From Candidatus Aminicenantes bacterium (GTDB lineage: Bacteria; Acidobacteriota; Aminicenantia; Aminicenantales; Aminicenantaceae), in the NCBI GenBank assembly GCA_041686095.1, contig JAWLEN010000001.1, positions 35,471-99,470 of the forward strand: DNA of 64,000 nt, given 5' to 3'. A model generated the notes under the pieces. That model worked only from the letters and a program-made list of their open reading frames with translations, was not told the DNA's origin and did not search any database. Positions 10,020 to 20,018 of this stretch are shown piece by piece. Within the stretch, counting starts at the first letter, position 1, and each line of letters starts with the position of its first letter. The position numbers were made by a program, and so were the translations under genes.

Positions 10020-10994
10020 TTAGTATTCTTCAGAAAACAGAGTGACTTTATTCTTTCCTGATTTTTGACTTGAGTGAGCTAAATTTCGAGCTTCTTCCAC
10101 CATAGATTCAATGGTGCTTGTTGATTCTGCCATTACACCTCCCACCGAAATGGTAATATGAATGAGTTTGTCCTCAACTTGAATACTTGATTTTTCAGCA
10201 AGCAGTCTTAATTTATTGGCAATAAGATCCAATTTATGAATATTTACATTACTGAGAATAACTAAAAATGAGTCTTCATCCCATCTTCCTACAAACTCAA
10301 AAAAACGTATATTTTTAGAGATAGTTTTTCCAATCATTTTGATGACTTTGTCCTTAACCACTGTGCCAAAAACATCATTAATGGAATCAATATCATCTAA
10401 AATACAAAATAATATACCCACTGGCAAACCATATCTTTTCATTTCATCCAGTCTGTAACCTAAATTCATCTTAATATATCTCCGGTTGCCTGTTTCAGTA
10501 AGGGGATCGAGCATATTCATATTTTTTAACTCTTTAGGAAGGTGCGGCATACTTACTTTGGGAGAGTATTCATGAAAAGTGATGATAGATCCATCCAATG
10601 AATCGTTTTTGTTTTTTATGGGAAATACTCTCATAAATGCCGGTATTCTAAAGCCCTCTTTATGAAGGATATAGGCCTTGTAGTTTCTTATCACTCTGTC
10701 TTTAAAGCTTTGGATGACAGGGCACATTTCCGCACAAATTTCCAGTTTTTCTTCAGCTCCTTGAATAAGTAGATTTTTTTTGCATTTCTGATTAATCATA
10801 TCTCCGGCTTCATTGCCCGTTAGTTCTTCTAGAGATCTATTACAAAATAAAATGTTTAAATCTTTATCAATAACACAGGCGGCTTCATAAGCATTATCAA
10901 GCAAGTCTATGAACAGATCTTTTCTCCCTCTGTCGATCATATCTTTTAATTTTTCTTCTGATTTTGTTTTGTTTTTTTGATCTGTTTGATGCAT
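10020..10994 (-). CDS. PAS domain protein with degenerate GGDEF domain (RWDEDSF in place of RxGGEEF)
   Basis: N-terminal PAS-like (IDKDLNILFCNRSLEELTG); C-terminal GGDEF fold (DPLTETGNRRY ... VGRWDEDSFLVIL), but the GG[DE]EF signature is replaced. Confidence 0.6.
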   Translation of the reverse strand: MHQTDQKNKTKSEEKLKDMIDRGRKDLFIDLLDNAYEAACVIDKDLNILFCNRSLEELTGNEAGDMINQKCKKNLLIQGAEEKLEICAEMCPVIQSFKDRVIRNYKAYILHKEGFRIPAFMRVFPIKNKNDSLDGSIITFHEYSPKVSMPHLPKELKNMNMLDPLTETGNRRYIKMNLGYRLDEMKRYGLPVGILFCILDDIDSINDVFGTVVKDKVIKMIGKTISKNIRFFEFVGRWDEDSFLVILSNVNIHKLDLIANKLRLLAEKSSIQVEDKLIHITISVGGVMAESTSTIESMVEEARNLAHSSQKSGKNKVTLFSEEY

Positions 10995-11169
10995 ATTTTT
11001 TTCAACCCCAAAAATTTTATATCAAACCATATCTATCTTGTCAATAAAGTAATAAACTGGCAAAATCCTCACTTTAATTTCCCGGATTATAGAAAAATAA
11101 AATCTTTTGCATGAAAATTGTTGACAATAAGATAACTTATGGTTATAAAAAAATCAATCGGGGATTTAA

Positions 11170-12201
11170 ATGAAAAAAAAATTGGGAATTAAAATCAGGA
11201 AAGTTAGAGAGTCTCTTCAGCTCACTCAAGAGCAAGTCTCAAAAGGAACCGGACTTTCCAGTGAATTCATATCTTTAATAGAGAAAGGGAAAAGATATCC
11301 CAGTATCCAGTCTATTGAAAAAATATCAAACTACTTAAACAAAAATATATCCTATTTTTTTGAAGAAGAAACAGATCCCTTCAAAAGAATAATGAAAGAT
11401 AAAGGGATTACAAGAAGCACTAAATCCGAGCTTAGAACTTTTAAAAAATACTGTGATGAATATTTGCACATGGAAAAAATTTTAGGAAACTCATTGGAAG
11501 AAGCCCCGCTTTATTCAAGTCCTTTGCCTGAAATAATGGCGGCTGAAGAAAGAAAAAGACTTGGTTTGGGAACTCAATCTGTAAAAAATATATTCACTTT
11601 GCTTGAGTTTAACGGTCTGCGTATTCTGAGACAATCCATGAAAACAAACCTAAAAATAGCAGGAGCCTTTGTCTATTTTAAAAACCAACAAGCTGGATTT
11701 GCTTTGATAAACACCAATCAGAGTTATGCCAAGCAGATCATCACAGCAGCTCATGAATACTGCCATTATCTTAAAGACAGGGAATTCATTTCGCTCATAG
11801 ATAACACCGATATTTTTGTTGACGAATACCTGCCTTTATATCCTTCCAGAGAAAAATTCGCCCATTTGTTTTCTCTTCATTTTTTAATTTCCGAGGAGCA
11901 GATCAATTCTTTCATGAATAAAGAGTTTCACAAAAAAGATAAGAAAATAGAGAATATAATTATACTGAAAAGATATCTTGAAATGCCTATGGAAATTGTC
12001 CTAAAAACTCTGCTTAGGATGAAACACATATCCTCATCTGAATATAATGAATACAGCAAACAAAGATATTTGGAGTATGAAAAATCATTATTCGGATATG
12101 TGAAGGCAGAGACAGCTCCTTACAAAAAAAGAACAAAAACAATACCGTCAGATAGATATAAAACTCTTGCTGTCCAAGCTTATAAAGACCAAAAATTTTA
12201 A
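11170..12201 (+). CDS. XRE-family HTH fused to ImmA/IrrE-type zinc metallopeptidase domain
   Basis: N-terminal HTH (IRKVRESLQLTQEQVSKGTGLSSEFISLIEKG); HEXXH at AAHEYCHY. Divergent from the PAS-GGDEF gene. Confidence 0.65.
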   Translation: MKKKLGIKIRKVRESLQLTQEQVSKGTGLSSEFISLIEKGKRYPSIQSIEKISNYLNKNISYFFEEETDPFKRIMKDKGITRSTKSELRTFKKYCDEYLHMEKILGNSLEEAPLYSSPLPEIMAAEERKRLGLGTQSVKNIFTLLEFNGLRILRQSMKTNLKIAGAFVYFKNQQAGFALINTNQSYAKQIITAAHEYCHYLKDREFISLIDNTDIFVDEYLPLYPSREKFAHLFSLHFLISEEQINSFMNKEFHKKDKKIENIIILKRYLEMPMEIVLKTLLRMKHISSSEYNEYSKQRYLEYEKSLFGYVKAETAPYKKRTKTIPSDRYKTLAVQAYKDQKF

Positions 12202-12207
12202 GTAGAC

Positions 12208-12468
12208 TAACCTGGATTATTCACGAGTCGAGGTTGTTGCAGATGCAAGGCACAGGGCGTGAAGACGTGGTCCTTCACTTCGAATGCCCTGTAACGAAGC
12301 AGATGCAGCAAGATCGGCTCGCCTCAAAGGTAAAAAAATGGCGATTAAAATGAAATACCTAAACAGGAAAATATTTCCAATCGTCATTTTTGAAAAAACT
12401 TTGTATATCGCTGAAAACAAATTGATAATAAAAACATCGCCATTTTTTTATGGATAGGTCAGGCTAAG
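12208..12468 (-). mobile_element. MITE-like repeat, family B, copy a (inverted relative to copy b)
   Basis: About 95% identical to the reverse complement of 24268..24525. Imperfect terminal inverted repeats TTAACCTG(R)(Y)TATTCA. It fills the gap between the convergent stop codons at 12201 and 12464 and overlaps the pepD stop. Confidence 0.7.
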
Positions 12469-13918
12469 CTAACTCTGCTAACAAGTTGATTAAAAATTTC
12501 CAAAACTTTTCAACCGTGCCTATATGAATTCTTTCGTCAGGTGAATGGGGGTGTTCAATAGTGGGGCCAAAAGATATCATATCCATTCCAGGAAACTTTT
12601 CTCCAATGATTCCGCATTCAAGACCCGCGTGAACAGCAGCCACCTGGGGCTCTTTATCAAAGGTGTCTTTATACACTTTTTTTAAAGTCTTGAGCAGCTC
12701 TGATTTAAGATTAGGCTTCCAACCTGGGTATCCTTCCTCTCGAGTGATCTCTGCTTGAGCCATATTGACAATGGCGTTGATGGCATCTCTTGTGGCTTCA
12801 AGGGCTGATGCGGTAGAGCTTCTGGTGCTGCATATGATTTGAATTTTATCCTTTTTGGTGTTGACCACAGCAAGATTAGTAGAGGTTTCCACAAGACCCT
12901 CTATTTCAGGGTGCATTGAAACAACACCATGGGGGACCCCAAAAATAAGATTTATTATTTTATCCTTTGCATCATCAGCAATGGCTTCTCCAAGTTCATC
13001 ATTGTATTGTTCTAGGGTGTATTTTGCATCTGGTTCAATGGGCTTGTATTCGCTTTTTATTTCGTTGAATTTGTTCTCAATTATTTCTTTAATCCTATCT
13101 TTATCTTCTGATTTGATTCCTAACACTGCCGCGGATTCTCTGGGTATAGCGTTACGGAGATTGCCTCCTTCTATATGAAACAACTGAAAGGAAATACTCT
13201 GAGATACATTCCAAAGTATTCGTGACAACAGTTTTATGGCATTTCCTCTTCCTAGATTTATATCGATTCCTGAATGACCTCCTTTAAATCCAGACAACTT
13301 TAATTCATATATTTCATCACTGGTGTTTTTTTCTGTTTCAAATGGAAGGAAAATCTGACTGTCAGCCCCTCCAGCACAGCCGATAGTGAATTCACCTTCA
13401 TCTTCACTATCCAGGTTTAGAAGCCTTTTTCCTTTTAGAAATCCCTCTGGAATCTGAGAAGCTCCAGTCAAACCGGTCTCTTCTTCTACAGTAAATAAAA
13501 ATTCTAAAGGAGGGTGCTTGATATCATCATTTTCCATAATTGCTAAAGCAGCACATCCTCCGATCCCATTGTCAGCTCCAAGAGTGGTTCCTTTTGCCTT
13601 CACCCACTCTCCATCTATTTGTGTTTTTATAGCGTCTTTTTTGAAATCATGTTCCACATCTGAATTCTTTTCACACACCATATCCAAGTGACCCTGGAGT
13701 ATCACTCCTACAGAATCTTCACTTCCTCTAGACGCTTTCTTAGAAACAACAACGTTTCCTACATCATCTCTTTTATAATCAAGATTAAGGCGTTTTGCCA
13801 CTGATATAATATAATCTCCAATAGCTTTTTCATTTCCTGAACAATGCGGGATCTTTAGAAATTCTTGAAAATGTTTCCATAAAATCGGGGGCGCCAAATC
13901 AGTTAAATCTTTAGCCAT
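12464..13918 (-). CDS. pepD: Aminoacyl-histidine (Xaa-His) dipeptidase, M20 family
   Basis: 484 aa; LWKHFQEFLKIPHCSGNEKAIGDYI N-terminus and HLDMV motif typical of PepD. Confidence 0.7.
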   Translation of the reverse strand: MAKDLTDLAPPILWKHFQEFLKIPHCSGNEKAIGDYIISVAKRLNLDYKRDDVGNVVVSKKASRGSEDSVGVILQGHLDMVCEKNSDVEHDFKKDAIKTQIDGEWVKAKGTTLGADNGIGGCAALAIMENDDIKHPPLEFLFTVEEETGLTGASQIPEGFLKGKRLLNLDSEDEGEFTIGCAGGADSQIFLPFETEKNTSDEIYELKLSGFKGGHSGIDINLGRGNAIKLLSRILWNVSQSISFQLFHIEGGNLRNAIPRESAAVLGIKSEDKDRIKEIIENKFNEIKSEYKPIEPDAKYTLEQYNDELGEAIADDAKDKIINLIFGVPHGVVSMHPEIEGLVETSTNLAVVNTKKDKIQIICSTRSSTASALEATRDAINAIVNMAQAEITREEGYPGWKPNLKSELLKTLKKVYKDTFDKEPQVAAVHAGLECGIIGEKFPGMDMISFGPTIEHPHSPDERIHIGTVEKFWKFLINLLAELA

Positions 13919-14122
13919 TTATATCCTCCAATATTTTTTATTTATATATCATTTTAATCATGGCATAAATAAATCAGATAAGCAAGGAAAAATCATCCAT
14001 AGACAAAGCTCTAGAGCAGGCTGATTTTTTTAATTCAGATACTTATAGAAAAATGATGGATAGTCCCACTTATCTATCCAACCGCTAACATTAATATAGA
14101 GTGATTTTTTCTATTAAAATAA

Positions 14123-14659
14123 CTATTTTTCAATATTATCTAACGTTCCTTCAAAAACAGAGAAAGATTTATCTCCGTATAAACACAAAATGATCTCTTT
14201 TGGATATTCATGTTTTTTCAGGAAATCCAAACATGTTTTTATCATGATCTCACTGCACCGTTTTATGGGAAATCTAAAAATCCCAGCACTTATGGCAGGA
14301 AAGGCAATATTTTTTAATTTTTTCTTTTCAGCTATTTCCAGGCTGTTGCGAGTGGCTTTCCTCAGCTTTTCGTCTTCATTTCCTTCACCATATACAGGGC
14401 CGGCAGCATGGATAACATATTTGGCTTTGAGTTTTCCAGCACCTGTAATGACGGCTTCACCCACCTCAATGGGGCCAATTGAATTGCATTCTTCTTGAAT
14501 GGAAGGCCCCCCAAAACTGCGAATAGCTCCAGCCACTCCTCCCCCAAGTATTAATGACTTATTAGCTGCATTGACTACCGCCTCTGCATCAACTAAAGCA
14601 ATGTTTCCTTCAATCAACTTGAGTGCTTTTTGTCCTTTTCTCCATTCTTTCATTCCCAT
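14123..14659 (-). CDS. Macro domain protein (ADP-ribose / O-acetyl-ADP-ribose processing, YmdB-like)
   Basis: VDAEAVVNAANKSLILGGGVAGAI and GPVYGEGNE motifs. Confidence 0.7.
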   Translation of the reverse strand: MGMKEWRKGQKALKLIEGNIALVDAEAVVNAANKSLILGGGVAGAIRSFGGPSIQEECNSIGPIEVGEAVITGAGKLKAKYVIHAAGPVYGEGNEDEKLRKATRNSLEIAEKKKLKNIAFPAISAGIFRFPIKRCSEIMIKTCLDFLKKHEYPKEIILCLYGDKSFSVFEGTLDNIEK

Positions 14660-14699
14660 CTCCCCACAGAAAAATTTTTTATTATTATATCAGATTATT

Positions 14700-16181
14700 C
14701 TATAACTGCGAATTATTTTGTGCCTCTTTTTTTAATTTATATTGGAATACACCTTCATTGTTATAGATCTCTACTTCTTCAAATTCTTTGATATAATCCA
14801 AAACAACATCTTTGTCTCCGACCACCACAACCACAGGGTTTAAGAAATTAACATTCTGGAAAGTATTAAATACAGAATTTGAGTTAATATACATGATATT
14901 TTCGTAATAATTTCCCCAGTAAATTTCTTTCATATCTAAGGCAACCATTTCCGATATCCTTAATGAAAAATCACTGTGTTCTGAAATTTTAACGGGAAAA
15001 TGACCAATCAAATAGGATTTTGCCTGCTCGATCTCATGATTGGGTATTTTATTCTCAATCAAACTTCTTATTTCTTTTAATATCTCTTTGATAGAAGGAT
15101 ACAAATATTCTGTTTTTACTTTAGCCTTGACATAAAACAATTCACAATTTTTAAATAGTTCTATATTGCTGAATGCCCAATAAGCATAACCTTTTGTTTC
15201 TCGAAGATTCATAAAAAGTCTGCTTATATGAGATCCTCCTAGTATTTGATTGAACACCAAGTATGAGAAATGGTCCTCAGTGTCTTTGTGAGGAAGGATA
15301 TTCCCAATAAAAATGATGGCTTCTTCTGTATTAGAAACATCGGTGAAGCAAATCTTTGGCTTTGTTATTGCAGGAGGAGGATTGATATGATAAGTTTCGA
15401 GCGATTTTTTTTGCCATAAACTGAGATGCTGTTCAGTAATACTTACAGCCTGGGAAGGGGAAATATCACCAATAATCAAAAGCTTTGCATTATTAGGCCT
15501 GTAAAACTTATCAAAAAATGTTAACAAGTCTTTTCTTGTTAATCTCTTTATAACACCACTATTAAACACATATTTTTCATAAGGGTGGTTATTGAAAATA
15601 ATTTGAAAGAGCAGTTTTCTCCCTAAATGTTCTGGATTCGTATTTCTTATAATCTCATAAAACATATCTCTTTTGACATTATTGACTTCATTTTTTGAGA
15701 AATCAGGTTGAGTCAGCAAATCACTCAAAAGCTTAACTGCTTCACTCAAGTAATCTTTGAGAAAAGTGATTGAAAATAAAGAATAATCAGGATAGGTTCT
15801 TACAGAAACGTCTCCTCCAATGAATTCGATTTGTTCTTGCACTTGGGAAGATGATAAGCCCACCGCTCCTTTAAAAAGCATGTTGGCTGTAAAACTAGCT
15901 AAACCTGGAAGGTGGTCCGGAGACAAGCTTTCTCCAGTCATAATGATTAAATGCATATCAATATAAGGCTGTTGTTTTGGAACCACTGAAATTTGCAGTC
16001 CGTTCGATAAGGTAGAGGTCTCAATGGCAGGCATATTTAAATCAGGTAAAGGATAGGGAAGCGGAGGCGATTTCCGGAATTTTTCCTGGGCTTCCACAGG
16101 AGATGTCAAAAATAAAAAAACAAAAAGAACAAGTAAAATTGGCAGATTAAAAGATTTGCTTTTTCTTTTTTTTATCTTCAT
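14700..16181 (-). CDS. M16 (insulinase/pitrilysin) family homolog lacking the HxxEH zinc site; signal peptide
   Basis: M16 fold signature around ...LASFTANMLFKGA (expected HFLEHMLFKG). There is no HxxEH anywhere in the 493 aa. N-terminal signal peptide. Confidence 0.6.
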   Translation of the reverse strand: MKIKKRKSKSFNLPILLVLFVFLFLTSPVEAQEKFRKSPPLPYPLPDLNMPAIETSTLSNGLQISVVPKQQPYIDMHLIIMTGESLSPDHLPGLASFTANMLFKGAVGLSSSQVQEQIEFIGGDVSVRTYPDYSLFSITFLKDYLSEAVKLLSDLLTQPDFSKNEVNNVKRDMFYEIIRNTNPEHLGRKLLFQIIFNNHPYEKYVFNSGVIKRLTRKDLLTFFDKFYRPNNAKLLIIGDISPSQAVSITEQHLSLWQKKSLETYHINPPPAITKPKICFTDVSNTEEAIIFIGNILPHKDTEDHFSYLVFNQILGGSHISRLFMNLRETKGYAYWAFSNIELFKNCELFYVKAKVKTEYLYPSIKEILKEIRSLIENKIPNHEIEQAKSYLIGHFPVKISEHSDFSLRISEMVALDMKEIYWGNYYENIMYINSNSVFNTFQNVNFLNPVVVVVGDKDVVLDYIKEFEEVEIYNNEGVFQYKLKKEAQNNSQL

Positions 16182-17512
16182 TTGGATTTAATCTCTATTA
16201 GAACATTATTTTCTGTAAAATATCTATTCATGATCCCAACAATTTCCGAGGCACTCACATTTAAATACTTATCTAATTCTCCTCCTAAGTCCCGGATATC
16301 AATTTTAGATAAGTAATTCCTAATCAGAAACAAAGCTCTTTTTTCAGGAGAATAGTAGTTATCTATATAATCTGCCTTGAATATATTTTTCACCTTATTT
16401 AGTTCCCTGTTTGAAATCAAAGAAGACTTTAACTTATTAATTTCTGATAACAAAGATTTCTTTGCGATTTCTTTGGTAGCCTCATTATTAGAAAGAACAA
16501 AAAATTTAAATACAGCTAAGTCTATTCTTTTTTCTATTCCCCCGTTAAGCATGAGAGCAAGTTTGTTTCTTTCAATCAATCTTTTGTAAAGACGAGAACT
16601 CTCTCCATGAAGCAATAAATAATCGATCATAGTCATAATGTAAAAATCATTAGAATATGGAGAATCAAGCCTATAGCCCAATCTAAATCCCGGAGTTGAA
16701 ACATTTTTATTTATGATTATTTTTTCATGCTTTTCCTGTTTGAAATCTCCCTTAAAAGATGGAGCCAAAGGTATATTTTTAGATGGATCTATAGTATGGA
16801 AGTATCTTTTTATTAAACGGAGTGTTTTTTCTTGGTCGATATCTCCAGTAATACACAGAACCGCATTGTTAGGCTTATAAAAAGTGTTATAAAAATCCCT
16901 CACATCTTTTAGAGTGATGCTTTTTAAATCCTCTTCATTTCCCAAAATGAGATGGTTGTAAGGAAATTCAGGGTAAAGCAATCGGTCAAATTCCTGCAAA
17001 CTCTTCAGAAAAAGATCTTCCTTTTTTTGAGTTCTTATCATTTCCATGAGCAAATTTTTGGTCTCCTCAACATTTGCATAATTTAAATTCAGAGAATTCA
17101 TCCTATCTGATTCAAGCCACAATACCAGAGGAAGCTGGTTAGAAGAAACTGTTTGATAAAAGAGAGTTTTGTCCCAGGATGTAAGGGCGTTAAACTCACC
17201 TCCTATCCTTTGGATAAATCTTATGTGCTGCATAGGGCCCACGTTTCTTGATCCCATAAACATCAGGTTTTCCAATAAGTAGGTCATTCCAGTTTTGCCT
17301 TTTTCCTCATAAGCTGAGCCCACTTTATAAGCACAAGCTACCGTAACCAGAGGGAGAGTGTGGTCTTCAGAAAGAATAATAGTTAATCCATTTTTAAGGC
17401 TATATATGGAAAAATGGAAGGGCTCTTGGACTTCTATTTGCTTGACTTGCGAAAATCCATTAAATACAAAATTAAGCCCCAAACAAAACAGCACTATTTT
17501 TTTTAAATTCAT
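16178..17512 (-). CDS. M16 family homolog, also lacking HxxEH (YLLEN instead); signal peptide
   Basis: GMTYLLENLMFMGS aligns to the HxxEH-MxFxG region of M16. A 4-nt overlap with the downstream M16 gene suggests a heterodimer pair. Confidence 0.6.
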   Translation of the reverse strand: MNLKKIVLFCLGLNFVFNGFSQVKQIEVQEPFHFSIYSLKNGLTIILSEDHTLPLVTVACAYKVGSAYEEKGKTGMTYLLENLMFMGSRNVGPMQHIRFIQRIGGEFNALTSWDKTLFYQTVSSNQLPLVLWLESDRMNSLNLNYANVEETKNLLMEMIRTQKKEDLFLKSLQEFDRLLYPEFPYNHLILGNEEDLKSITLKDVRDFYNTFYKPNNAVLCITGDIDQEKTLRLIKRYFHTIDPSKNIPLAPSFKGDFKQEKHEKIIINKNVSTPGFRLGYRLDSPYSNDFYIMTMIDYLLLHGESSRLYKRLIERNKLALMLNGGIEKRIDLAVFKFFVLSNNEATKEIAKKSLLSEINKLKSSLISNRELNKVKNIFKADYIDNYYSPEKRALFLIRNYLSKIDIRDLGGELDKYLNVSASEIVGIMNRYFTENNVLIEIKSK

Positions 17513-17580
17513 TATTGGTTTAAATAGTTTTCATTTAATTATCATTAACTATTAAGCATAATATAAGAGCGGATCAAAGT

Positions 17581-19995
17581 TCAAGGCTTTCCCAGGGAAA
17601 CATCCTCTATGATCGGAATGAGCAATTCTCGTAATTCTTTATTCAAAGTATTATCCAAAAGCTCTATTGCGTAGGCTGTGGAATCTTTAGTTCCGCTCTT
17701 GATATTCTGATAAGCTTTCATCATGTCATCTTGAGAATAGATAAGACCGAGAAGTTTAAAAATATCGCTTAAAGAATTGGATAATTCTTTTTCTTCTTGC
17801 TCTCCTAACTCAGTATAAGTGAATTGCAGCTGAGAATGTTTTTTTATTTTTTTCAATACATAGGATTTAATAAACGGAACATCAAAATTTAAATCTGGTT
17901 CTTCTGAACAGATTTTATCCAGTGAGTCAATGATATCATCTTCAAGTTCATCTGGGCCCTTTTTAAGATTTTTTATAAGGATATCTACAGCCTGCTGACT
18001 GCTCTCTTTGGATAAGATCCTAACTATACCTTTCTTGATCTGAATATCTGTACTCGAATCTTTGAGGCTTTTCTCCAAATAGGGGAGAGCTGTTTTTCCA
18101 TATTTGGTTAAGGCTGTGATGGAATCCTCCGTGAGAGGGGGATTCCTCAGTTTTTCAATAAGAAGAGGTATAAATTCTTTTTTCTTCAATTTAGCAGCGC
18201 TTTCAATAGCGTATCTTGATATTTCGGGGGAATTGTCTTTAATGAGTGCAGGGAGTTTACTGACCAGCGGAGAATCTGGAGCCATAAGACCAATAGCTTT
18301 GGCCACCTCCATTTTCTCTATCTCTGTTTCCTTGCTTTTATCCATGACTCTATCTGTATATTTTTCCATCAATTCCTGGTAAGACTTAAGGGACATCACT
18401 TCATTGATATTTGTTTTAAGGTCTTTTTTTGTTTCTTTGTCCTCTGATATATAGGCCCAGGAACCTCCCTCTGCTCCAAAAAGAGCATCATAGGAAGAGG
18501 CTTTTGCTTCTTCTGTTTTTTCAGAAATGATTTTTTCCAATTCCGGAGTTAATTTATCCTGTCGGATCAAATCAAAAACATGCATGGCATAGAGAATTTC
18601 ACTTCTTTTTCGGCTCTCTAGAGTATCAAACACCAATTTAGTGTAATCCAAATCCACGGTGTCAGAAACAGATTTTTCAGCGCGGTTCCATTTTCTTTGT
18701 ATACTCTGTTTAATGACATTAAGATAGCCCCTATTTATTCTAAGGCTGATCAGAATCCATATGGCGATAAAAACAAGAGAGACAAGGCTTATAAACTTTA
18801 CTTTAATTTCAAAATAGATAAATACAAGGGTCACCAAAGCGCCTATTCCCCTGGCAAAACGCTGTAGGAACATATCTATAAACACTTTGGCTTTATATCT
18901 GAGTTCAGGATCCACAGGAATATAGAGAATTTCTCTGATCGACTGATTCACAGAATAGGAAAGGCTTTTATCACTTGCCTTGATAGCCGCACCAAAAAAT
19001 ATTATAGGAAAAAACAAGATTCCGATTGACAAAAAGATAAGAATCAGAGGACAAAAAAGCAAAGCCCCTCTGACTCCCAAGTTTTTGATCAATTTCCCGG
19101 TAATAAAAATCTGAAACAGGAAAGCAAAAACCATGACTCCGGCATTAAACAGTCCATAAAATGAAGCGAGATTACGTTCTCCTGTGATGTTATTATATAC
19201 AATCGAGTTGAACTGAAAATCAATCAGCAAAGAAACAATAAAAGTGACAGAAACGATCAGAGCCATTAAATAAAGATAAGGATTATTCCTCACACAATCC
19301 CAACATGATTTAAAACTAATTTCAGAGGCTGGATTTATTTTTTCTTTTCTTTCAACAGTATCTTTTTTTTCTTCAGATAAATCATCTTTATAATTTTTAA
19401 AAATCAGGCTGGCTATAAAAAAACACAGGAGCAGCATAAAGGCTGATATCAAAAATAAATAGTTATAAAGAAAAGTACCCGCAGAAAATTTAGTTAAAAG
19501 ACCTCCTAACAATCCACCCAAAATCCCTCCGCTTCCTATGAAGCCAATGATCTTTCTTATTTCTCTTGGATTAAACACCTCATTGGCTACCAGCCAGAAT
19601 TGAGTCATGAGAACAGAAATCAAGATATTGACCCATATCCAATTTGCTAAAGGAAACCATCTTAATTCTGATAGAAAAAGAAAATACAAAGCAATATTTA
19701 TGAATGAAAAAAAGACAAGACTGGACAAGATTAATTTTCTTTTCGCAATCTTAGCCTGAAATTTGGCGTGCAGGACCACCACGATTCCAGCAATCAAAGC
19801 GGTTAAAAGATAGGCATAAGGGAGATGATCTTTTCCCAGTTTGTCAATGAAGTCCGCATTTCTAACAGACTTCATTATGGTGAAAGGAGCTGTGATTAAA
19901 AAGAAATACAAAAAAAGATATATGGATAATCTTCTTTTTTCTTGACCTATATTTATGAATCTAAATGTGAATTTTCTAAGCATATTTTCACTCAC
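17581..19995 (-). CDS. Fusion protein: TLC/Npt-like (ATP:ADP antiporter family / MFS-like) membrane domain + C-terminal HEAT-repeat domain
   Basis: 804 aa. The N-terminal ~430 aa has about 11 TM helices and a TLC-like start (LFLYFFLITAPFTIMKSVRNADFIDKLG). The C-terminal ~350 aa is hydrophilic with repeated alpha-helical HEAT/PBS-lyase-like units (AIESAAKLKKKEFIPLLIEKL...). Confidence 0.5.
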   Translation of the reverse strand: MSENMLRKFTFRFINIGQEKRRLSIYLFLYFFLITAPFTIMKSVRNADFIDKLGKDHLPYAYLLTALIAGIVVVLHAKFQAKIAKRKLILSSLVFFSFINIALYFLFLSELRWFPLANWIWVNILISVLMTQFWLVANEVFNPREIRKIIGFIGSGGILGGLLGGLLTKFSAGTFLYNYLFLISAFMLLLCFFIASLIFKNYKDDLSEEKKDTVERKEKINPASEISFKSCWDCVRNNPYLYLMALIVSVTFIVSLLIDFQFNSIVYNNITGERNLASFYGLFNAGVMVFAFLFQIFITGKLIKNLGVRGALLFCPLILIFLSIGILFFPIIFFGAAIKASDKSLSYSVNQSIREILYIPVDPELRYKAKVFIDMFLQRFARGIGALVTLVFIYFEIKVKFISLVSLVFIAIWILISLRINRGYLNVIKQSIQRKWNRAEKSVSDTVDLDYTKLVFDTLESRKRSEILYAMHVFDLIRQDKLTPELEKIISEKTEEAKASSYDALFGAEGGSWAYISEDKETKKDLKTNINEVMSLKSYQELMEKYTDRVMDKSKETEIEKMEVAKAIGLMAPDSPLVSKLPALIKDNSPEISRYAIESAAKLKKKEFIPLLIEKLRNPPLTEDSITALTKYGKTALPYLEKSLKDSSTDIQIKKGIVRILSKESSQQAVDILIKNLKKGPDELEDDIIDSLDKICSEEPDLNFDVPFIKSYVLKKIKKHSQLQFTYTELGEQEEKELSNSLSDIFKLLGLIYSQDDMMKAYQNIKSGTKDSTAYAIELLDNTLNKELRELLIPIIEDVSLGKP

Positions 19996-20018
19996 AGATG
20001 CCGATTAAAAGAATGCGG

